Source of the DNA: Octopus vulgaris
Taxonomy: Eukaryota
DNA length: 64,000 bases
Direction of reading: 5' to 3'
NCBI GenBank assembly: GCA_951406725.2
Contig: OX597830.1
Coordinates: 72,292,001 to 72,356,000, forward strand
Shown here: piece after piece, positions 1-12,060 of the stretch
Layout of the letters: every line of letters begins with the position of its first letter
How positions within the stretch are numbered: the stretch's first letter is position 1
Notes under the pieces: generated by a model
Told to the model about the DNA's origin: nothing
Databases searched by the model: none
Seen by the model: only the letters and a program-made list of their open reading frames with translations
Program-made: the position numbers and the translations under genes

Positions 1-36
1 ATTTTTCGAAAGTTACAATTTTTTGCAACCACCCTG
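1..36. mobile_element. Possible terminal inverted repeat end of a Tc1/mariner-like element, cut by the window edge
   Basis: Reverse complement ACAGGGTGGTTGCAAAAAATTGTAACT resembles the terminus at 52161 (ACAGGGTGGTTGAAATGTAACT). No TA duplication is visible. Confidence 0.3.
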
Positions 37-176
37 TTCCAATAAATCAAACAACGGGTGTGGTGGAAAATTTCAGCTTAATCAGGCAAGTGCTAGGTGA
101 CCTTCAAACACATTGGATTTGGTTCATAGTATGCGCAACGATTAATTCTGTTCCAAGGCGGTATAGTGTTCCATTG

Positions 177-397
177 GGCGGCGAGCTGACAGAAACGTTA
201 GCACACTGGGCGAAATGCTTATCGGTATTTCGTCTGCCGTTACGTTCTGAGTTCAAACTCCGCCGAGGTCGACTTTGCCTTTCATCCTTTCGGGGTCGAT
301 TAAATAAGTACCAGTTACGCACTGGGGTCGATATAATCGACTTATTCAGTTTGTCTGTCCCTTCTGTGTTTAGCCCCTTGTGGGTAGTAGGGAAATA
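177..397 (+). mobile_element. tRNA-derived SINE family A, full copy with 16-bp TSD
   Basis: GGCGGCGAGCTG head, B-box-like GAGTTCAAACTCC, central GCCTTTCATCCTTTCGGGGTCGAT. Direct repeat ggtatagtgttccatt at 160-175 and 398-413. More than 15 related copies in the window. Confidence 0.9.
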
Positions 398-700
398 GGT
401 ATAGTGTTCCATTTCTCGGCCATTTTCTTTTTTCTTCTTAGTGAAATTTATGTGGAGACATTCCTGGCGAGCCGAACAGATGTTTAAAAATGTTTTGAAT
501 CAAATATACCGATAGCTATATTTGATTCAGAACGCTAATTTGAAAACTACATGAAATAAGATGAAAAACGTAAGAAATACTAGGTTTTCTTAATAAAGCA
601 CACAACTTGTATAAGAGAAACGCATTTTTATTTACAACAATAATTTCTGTAGGACCAAAAGCCTAATGTGAACACTAACACTGAATATTGAACATTATAA

Positions 701-911
701 GGCGGCGAGTTGGCAGAAACGTTAGTACGCCGGGCGAAAATCTTAGCCTTTTTACGTCTGTCTTTACGTTCTGAGTTCAAATTCCACTGAGGTCGACTTT
801 GCCTTTCATCCTCTCGGGGTCGATAAATTAAGTACAAGCTACATACTGTGGGTCGATCTCATCGACTGGCCCACTCCCCAACAATTTCGGGCCTTGTGCC
901 TAGAGTAGAAA
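701..911 (+). mobile_element. SINE family A, alternative-tail subtype, with 17-bp TSD
   Basis: Same head and core as 177-397, different tail (ggccttgtgcctagagtagaaa). TSD tgaatattgaacattat at 682-698 and 912-928. Confidence 0.9.
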
Positions 912-934
912 TGAATATTGAACATTATTTTTGA

Positions 935-2330
935 ATAAGAGTGGATTTAGTGGCAGTTGGGTGTTTTATGTTTTTCGGTAACGGTCTGTAAAAGAAATTG
1001 TTTCTCTGTTTTATCTTTTGTTAGAATCTTATTGTAATTCTTAATAAGTTTGACAGCTCTTTCGCCAATATCATTCACAACAACTGTCTTCTCGAGTTTT
1101 TCAAGTCCACATATGTAACTAGAATCATCTTTCCATATTGAAAGATTCTTTGTCGAAAATGTCTCGTGAAGAAAGTTTTTGTACCTGGAATTACAAAAGA
1201 CGAAAACTCGATGTTTTTAAAGGAAGAAAAGTCATCTTGGTGCAGAATGTACCTCTTCAGTTGTATTTTCTTCTTCCTCTTCTTCACCTTTGTCTGCTTC
1301 CAGCATAACTTGAGCAATATTTGCCTTCACCTCTGTTGGAATGTTGTCATCAAATATAGATAGATCCACAGTTTCGGGAGCTAAGTACCAAAGATGGATG
1401 ACATTTTTTTCTCAGCAGCCTTACTGATTTCTGGATCAATATCCTGATAATTTATCAGTTGACGCATGAATAGGAAATCATGATAAGGTGCTTTAATTAT
1501 TTCTGATGGCAGAAACCAGGCTCGAACATACATTTGAGCAAGAAAAATACATATTCTTCTTAAAGAGTTCTTCTCCCCAGGAGATAACTGAAATTGATCT
1601 TGAAACAGGTATATCTTGAATGTGTAAATTGCTTTTGACATCCACCTGGCATGACTTACAGATCCAGCTGTACGAAACGATATCCTGTTCTTCGGAATGC
1701 CGCCAAGATAGATCATCAATAACTACAACCATTCTCGGTAATCATTTCGTGGTTGCTTCTGTGTAGAAAGGTGGCATTCAAGAAATCCAAGAATTGTATA
1801 GTGGACATCATCAGGCACTTTATTGCTACTAGTTATGCAAATCTTCTTGTTGAGTTTCGTCCAGGTTTCTCTAAATCTTTTGAGAGAAGCCGTGTCCTGA
1901 CCAGAAGTTCCTAAAATGTTACTAAAAAATGTGATGACGGCAAGGTTACTTACTACAACAGGTCACGATTAAACATTTTTTCTAGATTTATACTTGCACC
2001 ATTCACTCGGCCTGTGTTGTTTGCTGTCGTATCACAGCAAATTGCCTGAATTTTGTTGGTTATACCCCTCTTCTCCACTACTTGGTAAACAGCCATGGTT
2101 TCCTGTTCTCCTGCAGAAGTTTGAATTTCAGGGACTCGCAACAATTGCTCGTTAACTTGAAAAGTTATTATATTGCCAGTCTATCAACCCTTTCAACGCC
2201 CGTGAATGCTGGAAGCAGCTTTCCATCCCAATGCAACACTAGTTCTTGACAGTCGTTTAGGTTACATTTGTACTGTATTTCTGTGTGTCTCGCTTCTCTA
2301 AATTTTGTTCTAAGACATTGATAATAAGTA
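935..2330 (-). pseudogene. Decayed cut-and-paste DNA transposase (HWDGK / DTT-N-TG / HARWM / VND-ER motif family; tentatively Sola2-like)
   Basis: Collinear minus-strand fragments: LVLHWDGKLLP (~2210-2245), ICCDTTANNTGRVNGA (ORF 1953-2144), SHARWMSKAIY..AWF..AP..D (ORF 1381-1719), VVNDIGERAVKLIKNYNKILTKD..KQFLLQ (~985-1082). Frameshifts and stops present. Superfamily assignment is from recall of motifs. Confidence 0.75.
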
Positions 2331-2749
2331 TACAAAGCACATAACGTTATAAAACGGAGAGGTTATAAACATGGTATTACAACTTTGTCAGGATTACCAA
2401 CACAACAGGGGAAGGTTTATATCAGAATGCGCCACAACAAAATGAAAGAGTGCTCACAAGTTACTACAAACAAATTAACTTATATTTACAAACGCGGACA
2501 AGTCATATTTTTTCACTGTTTATCACTAACGTATATATCTTAATATTTTATTTCTCTACACTACTATTAGGTGCAGTACAATTCATTCACCAGACGAACG
2601 CAACTCACAACCTCACTCGCTCTCGGTTGGCCACCGAGCGGATGACGGCGAAAAATAGGTGTTTGCCCTTTATCTGCACACTGTCCCCAGCTTTGAAAAT
2701 TGCCTTCCCCATTATATTTATTAACACTTATCCCTCTATTACCAAAAAT

Positions 2750-2989
2750 AAGTCTGAACAAGTTTTTTTTTTTATTTAAGAGAAAATTATATAAGTGATA
2801 AAAAAAATTTATCGGAAAAAATGACTTGCTGGGCAAAAACTTCAAACTTTCATGGTCGATGAGGGTCGCCTTGCAGTTGTTCGACTGATCTTAAATTTTG
2901 CATAGATTGCTTTTTTTTTTTCTTTTTAATTGGAGCAAGATAGAGGGTGGGAGCTATTTTTTTAGAAAGTTGAAAAATAAGGGCTACTC
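2750..2989 (-). mobile_element. Probable 5' terminal region of the same DNA transposon
   Basis: Lies upstream of the transposase on the minus strand and begins GAGTAGCCCTTATTTTTCAACTTT. A matching TIR at the other end was not identified. Confidence 0.35.
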
Positions 2990-3139
2990 TAATATACATG
3001 TATATGCATATATACATATACATATATACACATATACATATATATGTGTGTGTGTATATATATAGAGACAGATATATAAATACACACACACATATATGTG
3101 TCTGTATACAGACAGACAGATAAATAGTTTGATATATAT

Positions 3140-3221
<82 letters not shown>

Positions 3222-3235
3222 GGATGGATAGATAT
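2990..3235. repeat. Mixed (TA)/(CA)/(GATA)n microsatellite
   Basis: Read directly; pure (GATA)n at about 3141-3220. Confidence 0.95.
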
Positions 3236-4064
3236 ACGATAATGTAACATGAAGGCATGCACAAAGTAATGAGCTATTAATTTATCTGATTTTTCCGTAT
3301 AAAACTGAAAATGGAGTTCCTGTGTTTAAATATATAATTTGTGAATGTATGTGCAAAGAAAAAGAAAGAATAAAGAAGGGACAGAGTGATAGGCTCATAA
3401 ATACATCATATACGTAGGGAGTACCAACGAGAATGAGAGAGAGAGAGAGAGAGAGAAAGAACGAAATTGGAGTGAGAAAGAATGAGAGAAAGAGTATGTG
3501 AGCGAATGCTTGTGTATGTGGATTAGAATGATTTCAGGCTTTTAACGTTGAGCCCTAAATGCAATATAAAGACTGCAATCATCGCGCCTTTTCCATTAAA
3601 AGGTTACAAAAGTCTTCACTATATAAAATAATGTGTTTTTTATTAGGTTTTAATGTGATGGCGGGAAAGTTAGTTCTAGAAGTATTTTTTTTTTTTATCA
3701 TTCTCGTTTGTGTGTGTGTGAATCTTTTTTTTTTATTTCTTTTCATATTTTTAGATTTAATGATTCTATTATTGCAATAATTAAACGATTTCCAAGTGGA
3801 AGCAATGTTTATTTTGTTTATTTTTAATTACTGATCAATAGGAAAAAATATATTGATTATTTTTTAAATAATTTTCATCTTAAAGAATATATATATATAT
3901 ATGTGTGTGTGCGTGTGTGTTTGTGTGCTTTTAATATATAAAAACACATAAAGATACCCGCATGCGGTTTAAAACACACATACATAAATATACACACACA
4001 TATCTATCTATATATATATCTACATGCATTTAGACACACACACAAGTGTATTTTGCGTTTATTT

Positions 4065-4139
<75 letters not shown>

Positions 4140-4264
4140 GATATATGTATATATGATATATATAAGTATATATATAAATAATAAATAAGGGCGGTGCTCC
4201 AGCATGGCCACAGTCAAATGACTGAAACAAGTAAAAAAAAAAGAAATATATATATATATATATA

Positions 4265-4552
4265 GGCGCAGGAGTGGCTGTGTGGTAAGTAGCTTGTTTA
4301 CCAACCACATGGTTCCGGGTTCAGTCCCACTGCGTAGCATCTTGGGCAAGTGTCCTCTGCTATAGCCTCGGGCCGACCAAAGCCTTGTGAGTGGATTTGG
4401 TAGACGGAAACTGAAAGAAGCCTGTCGAATATATATATATGTATGTGTATGTGTGTGTTTGTCCCCCTAGCATTGCTTGACAACCGATGCTGGTGTGTTT
4501 ACGTACCCGTCACTTAGCGGTTCGGCAAAAGAGACCGATAGAATAAGTACTG
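4265..4552 (+). mobile_element. tRNA-derived SINE family B (CORE-like), 3'-truncated; an isolated 3' fragment lies at 4189-4240
   Basis: GGCGCAGGAGTGGCTGTGTGGTAAG A-box, GGGTTCAGTCCC B-box, CORE-like CTTGGGCAAGTGTC, internal (TA)/(TG) tract. Confidence 0.9.
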
Positions 4553-4694
4553 TATGTATGCATGAATCTCAGATCTTTCCAGCTTTAACAAATTTACGTA
4601 TGAATTTGATTCGAATTCTGATTTTATCCGAAGTAGCCGTGTGCTTCTTATTTTCTGCAAATAACTATTAGGTATAAGAATCCGGTATAAGAAA

Positions 4695-4928
4695 GGCGGC
4701 GAGCTGAGAGAAACGTTAGCAGGTCGGGCGAAATGCTTAGCGGTATTTCGTCTGCCGTTACGTTCTGAGTTCCAATTCCGCCAAGGTCGATTTTGCCTTT
4801 CATCCTTTCGGGGTCGATAAATTAAGTAACAGTTACGCACTGGGGTCGATGTAATCGACTTAATAACCTATGTCTGTCCCTGTTTGTCCCCTCTGTGTTT
4901 AGCCCCTTGTGGGTAATAAAGAAATAGG
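4695..4928 (+). mobile_element. SINE family A full copy
   Basis: Head, core and tail match 177-397. Flanking ataagaatccgg is duplicated. Confidence 0.9.
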
Positions 4929-5172
4929 CATAAGAATCCGGGAAAATATCAGACCAGCTAAACACCGGAATGGATTTCTGTTAACATTATATTTCATGTT
5001 TCTATTGCAGAAGTGGATATTCCATAGGAAGAAAGAAAGGCAATTTTTTTCTACTCGAACAAACCATAGGGGAGACTCTGCATTATGAATCTGTCTGCCA
5101 AAATTATTAAATTTTTTTCGCCAGCGTTTTTAAATAAAAGACACACTGAATAATATAACTCCCGATATGATA

Positions 5173-5555
5173 GAAGCACTCCGTCGGTTACGACGACGAG
5201 GGTTCCGGTTGATCCGAATCAACGGAACAGCCTGCTCGTGAAATTAACGTGTAAGTGGCTGAGCACTCCACAAACACGTGAACCCTTAACGTAGTTCTCG
5301 GGGATATTCAGCGTGACACAGAGAGTGACAAGGCCGGCCCTTTGAAATACAGGTACAACAGAAACAGGAAGTAAGAGTGAGAGAAAGTTGTGGTGAAAGA
5401 GTACAGCAGGGATCACCACCATCCCCTGCCGGAGCGTCGTGGAGCTTTAGGTGTTTTTGCTCAATAAACACTCACAACGCCCGGTCTGGGAATCGAAACT
5501 GCGATCCTATGACCGCGAGTCCGCTGCCCTAACCACTGGGCCATTGCGCCTCCAC
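5173..5555 (-). mobile_element. tRNA-derived SINE family C (about 380 bp)
   Basis: Minus-strand head GTGGAGGCGCAATGGCCCAGTGGTTAGG...TTTCGATTCCCAG. Near-identical copy at 37706-38070 and a fragment at about 52985-53085. TSD-like aac(t/c)cccgatat. Confidence 0.9.
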
Positions 5556-6036
5556 AACCCCCGATATATTAATCCTTTGGCCACGATCTGTGCTCATAGC
5601 ACTTTATGAAGCCTCGACGACTGATGGTACGGTATGCGGAAGACACTTTAAAATCAGAAGCTTCTATCAAATGCTTGGAATTGAGTGAATGCAGGTAAAG
5701 AAAACTCAAGAACCAGATGCTTCTGGTGCTAACAGTTTAGTTTTGCGATCCATTGTGTTTAATCAATTCCTTTCAGTGAAATTTTATTTATTATATTTCG
5801 ATGAAGGGAACTTTTTGAGGAATTATTCCTTGATTTTTCTTTCAAGTAAATGCTGTGCTGTAATCATTATTGTCTGTTCAGCCATAAGGATACCAGCGGG
5901 GAAGTTTATGATGGCAATCGCTGGATACGTCTGTTTTTGTCCCACGTTACATTTCAACTTCATGCATTTGAACATGTCAAATGTTTCTTGGTCTTTTAGT
6001 GTTACTGGGAATTCCTTGTTTATATTATACCATACA

Positions 6037-6447
6037 AGCGCAGGAGTGGCTGTGTGGTAAGAAGCTTGCTAACCAACCACATGGTTCCGGGTTCAGTCCC
6101 ACTGCGTGGAATCTTGGGCAAGTGTCTTCTGCTATAGCCCCGGGCTGACCAATGCCTTGTGAGTGGATTTGGTAGACGGAAACTGAAAGAAGCCTGTCGT
6201 ATATATGTATACATATATATATATGTATGTGTCTGTGTTTGTGTGTCTGTATTTGTCCCCCTAGCATTGCTTGACAACCGATGCTGGTGTGTTTACGTCC
6301 CCGTCACTTAGCGGTTCGGCAAAAGTGACCGATAGAATTAGTACTGGGCTTACAAAGAATAAGTCCCAGGGTCGATTTGCTCGACTAAAGGCGGTGCTCC
6401 AGCATGGTCGCAGTCAAATGACTGAAACAAGTAAAAAGTAAAGAGTA
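6037..6447 (+). mobile_element. SINE family B full copy
   Basis: Complete head, CORE-like segment, internal microsatellite and 3' AAAGAGT-type tail. Confidence 0.92.
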
Positions 6448-6645
6448 TATATTAATGAGACCGAATGCCAGAGTAATCAGGGTTTTAGGATAGATTGCTT
6501 GGTGTCAATCACTCCGTTCCTCTACTCTCCGAGCTAAAAACTGGACTGAGCTCAACTTTTAAAGCAGCGAGCAAGTAGAACCTTTAGCGTGCTGTAGAAA
6601 ATGTGTAGTGGCTTATCTTCCGGTTTCCTGCCTTCTGAGTTCAAA

Positions 6646-6855
6646 CTTCCCGGTTTCTATGGCGTATGTGTTCCCCACCTGGACGGGACGCCAGTCCATC
6701 GCAGCATTACTCATTTTTGCCAGCTGAGTGGACTGGAGCAATGTGAAATGAAGTGTTTTACTCAAGAACACAACGCTTCGCCCGGTCCAGGAATTGAAAC
6801 CACAATCTTACGATCATGATGCTGACACTCTAACTACTAAGCCACGCGCCTCCAC
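6646..6855 (-). mobile_element. tRNA-derived SINE family D (CORE-like), fused to a family A fragment
   Basis: Head GTGGAGGCGCGTGGCTTAGTAGTTAG, body GCGATGGACTGGCGTCCCGTCCAG. A full copy lies at 16341-16606. Confidence 0.85.
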
Positions 6856-7582
6856 TTACCTGCAACTATATCATCTAAATTGGTATTAGATTTTTCTTTT
6901 TTTGTATGAACACAAAAGGAATTTAGTTGCTACTTCAAGCAGGTCAACCGACAAAACATAGGCACTCCAGCGTTCGTTCATGAAATGAACACAGATTTAC
7001 TTTGTCGTTCATAGAAAAATGTTTAACGTATGTTTAGGATATTTTACAGTTTATGGATTCCATAAAATATTAACAAAGTAATTTGACAATAAAAAGCTGC
7101 ATGTCTTTAGAATGTTATGATGTGGTATTTATTGAGAAGGATCTGTGGTCGATCAAGTCGACGAAATATAGTGAGAGCTGACACGAAAGTAGACGAGGGA
7201 GAACGATTGAGAGAGTGAAAGAGAGGGAGGGTGTGAGACTGAGGGAGAAAAGAGACATAGAAGAGAGAAGAGAATGAAAGTCTGAGAGTGGGGTATAGAT
7301 GATAGTAAACGTAGTATATGTGCTACTAAAATCCTCAATGAAATTGAGAGACAAGTACGAAAATGATACGACAAAGTGAAAAAGATCAACGACATACAGT
7401 AAGAGAGTTTGAATTTAAAAATATCAGTTAAAGAGTGTAAATGGGGTAGCGAGACAATGAAATATTACATAGATGCATACACACACATGTAATGTATATA
7501 CATACATATATATATATTTATATATATGTGTGTAGATACATATATACATTCATATATATATATATATATTATATATATATAT

Positions 7583-7614
<32 letters not shown>

Positions 7615-8199
7615 GTAGGTAGCTAGATAGATAGATAGATAGATAGATATGTATGTGTGTGTGTTTGTGTGTATGTATGCATGTGTCAAGAAAGTGAGAA
7701 AGAGGGTGGGGAGAGAAATGAAATGGAGAGATGATTAAGAATATGGACATAGAATTCGTAATAAAATTAAGATAGTAGGAAAATAAAAGTGAACGGTTTA
7801 CAACCAATTAAGAGCGGTGGGGAGAGGGTGAAAAAGAAATAGAAAACGCTAGATGGCTTAATTGAATGATAAAGTATGTAGATGAATAAATAATAAAGAT
7901 GAATTATAAAAGGTTTTCAAAATGGCGGATAGTGATAGAGAGTGTAAATTAATGGATCATGGAGATACAAAGATAACTCGCGTGAATAAAAGGCGAGTGG
8001 AGAGAATACATTCTTGTTTGTATTTTTATTCCTTTATACGCTGACGGTTGTTAGGCGACGACTGATTGTTGGTAGATCGCCAGACAATAATGAATTTTTG
8101 TAGTTTTTACTGTTGGTCATTTGCATTGTGAGTTCAAATCCCATGGTTGAATTTTTTTTTCCCTTGGAGTGTTCATTTGACAAATGTTAGTTTCAATTT

Positions 8200-8392
8200 T
8201 TGATACAAGCCCAGCAATTTTGTGCAATGGGCTAAGTCGATTACATCGACCCCAGTGCTCAACTAGTGCTTATTTTATCGATCCCGAAATGTTGAAACGC
8301 AGAGTCGAAATCTGAATTTAGATCGTAAAGAGGGACAAAATACCGCTAAACATTTTCCCGTCGTATTAACGATTCGGCCAGCTTGTCGCCTT
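8200..8392 (-). mobile_element. Diverged SINE family A copy
   Basis: AAGTCGATTACATCGACCCCAGTG...TTTATCGATCCCGAAA is the reverse complement of the family A core. Confidence 0.75.
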
Positions 8393-8639
8393 CAATATGA
8401 GGAATATTAGTCAAGAAATAGATCGATAATAGATCAATAACTCTAAAAAAAAAAAAACGTTCAATTACACGTTTTATTGGCTGTTATCAGAAATATTTAT
8501 GCATATGGTCTTAAGTGAGCTTATTCAGAGCTGACCTGACGAAAAGCGACAATAACAACAACATTATCAACGACATACAAATCAGCAATAACAATAATAG
8601 AGTTAAATTCGATCGAACTTCGCTGCCAGAAAAATAACT

Positions 8640-8876
8640 TTCTTAGTTTTGTGAAATAAAAGAAAATAGAACCGGGAAAATGAGAGCTCACTCTCATCTG
8701 AGATCTCTGAGAGATGAAGATGATGATAATAATGAAGATAAAGATGATAATGATGAGGATGATGATGACATAAGTGTTGGTGTGTGTGTGTGTATGTGTG
8801 TGTGTGTGTGTGTGCGTTTCTGTGTATACATGCACGCACGTGTAAGCGGGCGCTAGTGTGTGTATGTATGTGTGTA

Positions 8877-8918
<42 letters not shown>

Positions 8919-9301
8919 TGTTTATAGAAGTGGAAGAGCAGAAATAAGAAAGAAGATTGAACGAGAGGAAGAGTAATACATTAGTTTTGTGAAGAATAAG
9001 AAAAAAACCGCGAAAATGAGAGCTGACCATGATGGTGATAAAGATGATAATCATGATGATGATGATTATATGTTGGTGCGTGTGTGTGTGTGTTTGCGTG
9101 AGTGTGTGTTTGCGTTTGTGTGTGTGTATGTCTGTGTGTGCATGTCTGTATTCGTGCACACACGTGTATGTGGGTGTGAGTGCTTGTGTGTGCATATGTG
9201 TGTGTGCTTGTTTGTGTGTGCGCGCGCGCGTGTGTGTGTGTGTGTTTAGTTATAGAAGTTGGAAAGAAGAAATAAGAAAGAAGATTGAATGAGAGGAAGA
9301 G
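8640..9301. repeat. Local tandem duplication, about 330-340 bp unit, containing (GAT)n and (GT)n
   Basis: ttagttttgtgaa...gaaaatgagagct at ~8643 and ~8981; agaaataagaaagaagattgaa.gagaggaagag at ~8940 and ~9268. Confidence 0.8.
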
Positions 9302-9599
9302 AAACAGATTAACAAGGAGAGGGAGACAGAGAGACAGAGAGAGAGAGAGAATGATAGAAAATAAGGAAAAGGTAGTAAGGGGCTAAAAAATAATATGGAA
9401 CCGTGATGAAGAAGGGATAAAGGAATGTTAGACATCATAAATAACAAATATGTGTAGGGGAGAGTAGGGAAAGAGAAAGACAGAGCGAGAGAGACAGAAA
9501 TAGAGAGATAAGGAGAGAAGGAGTAAGAGAAAAGGAGAGAAAAATAAATTGGATGAGTGCGACGGAGAAGAAATCTAATAGAGTGAAAGAGTAGTGCGC

Positions 9600-9736
<137 letters not shown>

Positions 9737-9809
9737 TATAAAGAGAGAGGCAATTATGCGAATAAACAAACTAAATAAACAAATGATATTACATATATCA
9801 AAAATATGA

Positions 9810-10820
9810 AGACGGCGAGTTGGCAGAAACGTTAGCACGCCGGGCGAAATGCGTAGCCGTATTTCGGTTGCCGTTACGTTCTGAGCTCAAGAACCGCCGA
9901 GGTCGACTTTGCTTTCATCCTTTCGGGGTCGATAAATTAAGGACCACTTACGCACTGGGGTCGATTTAATCGACTTTATCCGTTTGTCTGTCCTTTTTTG
10001 TCCCCTCTGTATTTAGCCCCTTGTGGGTAGTAAAGAAATAGGTACTTCGGTTGCTGTTACGTTCTGCGTTCAAATTCCGCCGAGGTCGACCTTGCCTTTC
10101 ATCCTTTCGGTGCCGATTAAATAAGTACCAGTTACGCATTGGGGTCGATGTCATCGACTTAATCCCTCTGTTTGGGTGGGGGACAAACACAACACGCACA
10201 CACACACACACACATATATATACATATACGACGGGCTTCATACACTTTCCTTCTACCGAATCCACTCGCAAAGCTTTTGTCGGCCCAAGGCTATAGTAGA
10301 AGACAGTTGCCCAAGGTGCCTCGCAGTAGGACTGAACCCAGAACCATGTGGTTGGTAAGTAAGCTTATTACCACACAGACATTTCTGCGCATACTTTAAA
10401 ATTTATCATCTGAAAATTTCCACCTTTTACTTTCTTATTTCTTTATTGCCCACAAGGGGCTAAACAGAGAGGGGACAAACAAAGAAAGACAAAAGAGTTA
10501 AGTCGGTTACATCAACCCCAGGCGTAACTGGTGTGTAATTTATCGACCACGAAAAGATGAAAGGCAAAGTCGACCTCAGCGAAATTTGAACTCAGAACGT
10601 AACGGCAGACGAAAAACCTATTTCTACCCACAAGGGGCTAAACAAACAGAGGACAATCAAGGACAGACAAACGGATTAAGTCGATTACATCGACCCCAGT
10701 GCGTAACTGGTACTTATTTTATCGACCCCGAAAAGATGAAAGGCAAAGTTGACCTCGGTGGAATTTGAACTCAGAACGTAGCAGCAAACGAAATACCTAT
10801 TTCTTTACGACCCACAAGGG
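9810..10820. mobile_element. SINE cluster: family A tandem (+, 9810-10170), family B (-, 10170-10391), family A tandem (-, 10435-10820)
   Basis: Family A core repeated in both orientations with a family B body in between. Confidence 0.85.
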
Positions 10821-11729
10821 TAGAGAGAAAATGAAGGTCGAGAAAATTTGAGAGAGACTAAAACATTAGAAGAGAAAGAAAGAGATAAAATTTAAAAGAG
10901 AGACTAAGAGAGAGCGAGGGGGGATTGTTACACAGAGAGAGGTGGAGTAAGCTACTAAGGGAAAAAAGTAAAAATATAGAGAGATATGAAGAGAGGAGGA
11001 AATGAAGAGAAAGAGAACTGAGGAGAGATAGTTAGATAGAGAGAGAGAGAGAAAGAAAGAAAGAAAGAGAGAGGGAGGGAGGAAAAAGAAAAAAAAGAGA
11101 GGGGATTAAAGAACGATATTCAAAAAGTAAAATATTTAATGGAGGAAGCCAGGACAGAGAGGAGAAAGAGTGAAGAGAGAAAAGGCGAGAGAAAGAGAGG
11201 AGGAAGAAAGAGATAAGAAGGGAGAAAGAGAGAAAGAGAAAAGGAGAGGAGGAGGGAGAAAGAGAGAAAGGAGAGGAGGAGGGAGAAAGAGAGAAAGAGA
11301 GAAAGGAGAAAGAGAGAAGAAGGGAGAAAAAGAGAAGGGAGAAAGCGAGAGGGTGGGAGAAAGAGAGAGAAACGGAGAAAAAGAGTGTTCCGGAGATAGT
11401 TTCAGAGCGGGAGATAATTGCAGAGAGAGATAGAGAGAGAGAGAGAGAAAGAAAGAGGGAGAGAGAGAGAGAGAGAAAGAGGGAAAGAGAGAGAAGTAGG
11501 GAGAGAAATAGAGTGGGAGAAAGAGGGAAAGAGAGAGAAGTAAGGAGAGAAATAGAGTGGGAGGAAGCGAAAACAATTAAGGGAGATAATTGCGAAAAAT
11601 TCAAAATGCAATGTGAGAGAAAGAGAGAAGGAAAAAAAATTAAGAAAGACAGAATTCACAAGAGAGAAAGATACTGGGTGTGGAGAGAGATTTTGATAGA
11701 AGGAAATTAAATTATTAAAATGTGAGGAT

Positions 11730-11773
<44 letters not shown>

Positions 11774-12060
11774 AGAGGGAGGGAGACAGACAGACAGACA
11801 GACAGAGTGGGGTGAGAGAGAGAAACTAAAGAAGAGAGATGGAGAAGGGAATGATGGAGCAACAGAGAGAGAAAGATATATAAAAGTGAGAGACTAAGAA
11901 AAAAGAGAGGGGTTCAATTTGAGATGGAGACGACGATGAAAGAGAGAGAGGTGTATTTTGAAGACAGAGAGTTAGATTCGGAGAGACAAAAAGAGAAAGA
12001 AAGATAGAGAGACGGAGAGAGAGAGAGCGAGAGAGAAAGAGAGAGTGGAAGAAGGAAAGG
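10820..12060. repeat. Long purine-rich (GA/GGA/AAG) low-complexity tract with internal duplications
   Basis: Mostly A/G on the + strand. 45-bp tandem unit at 11476-11565; gggagataattgc at 11409 and 11581; pure (GA)n at 11732-11767. Confidence 0.9.

Noticed and set aside
60-412. Recurrent 60-110 aa ORFs (RPRKDERQSRPRR, RSGTEPGTMWLV, VVIPAVLFHHN) found at several loci
   Set aside because: They recur because they are SINE consensus sequence read in frame, not a gene family.
5480-5555. tRNA-like sequence, and similar heads at 6037, 6855 and 16606
   Set aside because: A/B boxes run straight into SINE bodies without an acceptor stem or terminator, so they are not tRNA genes.
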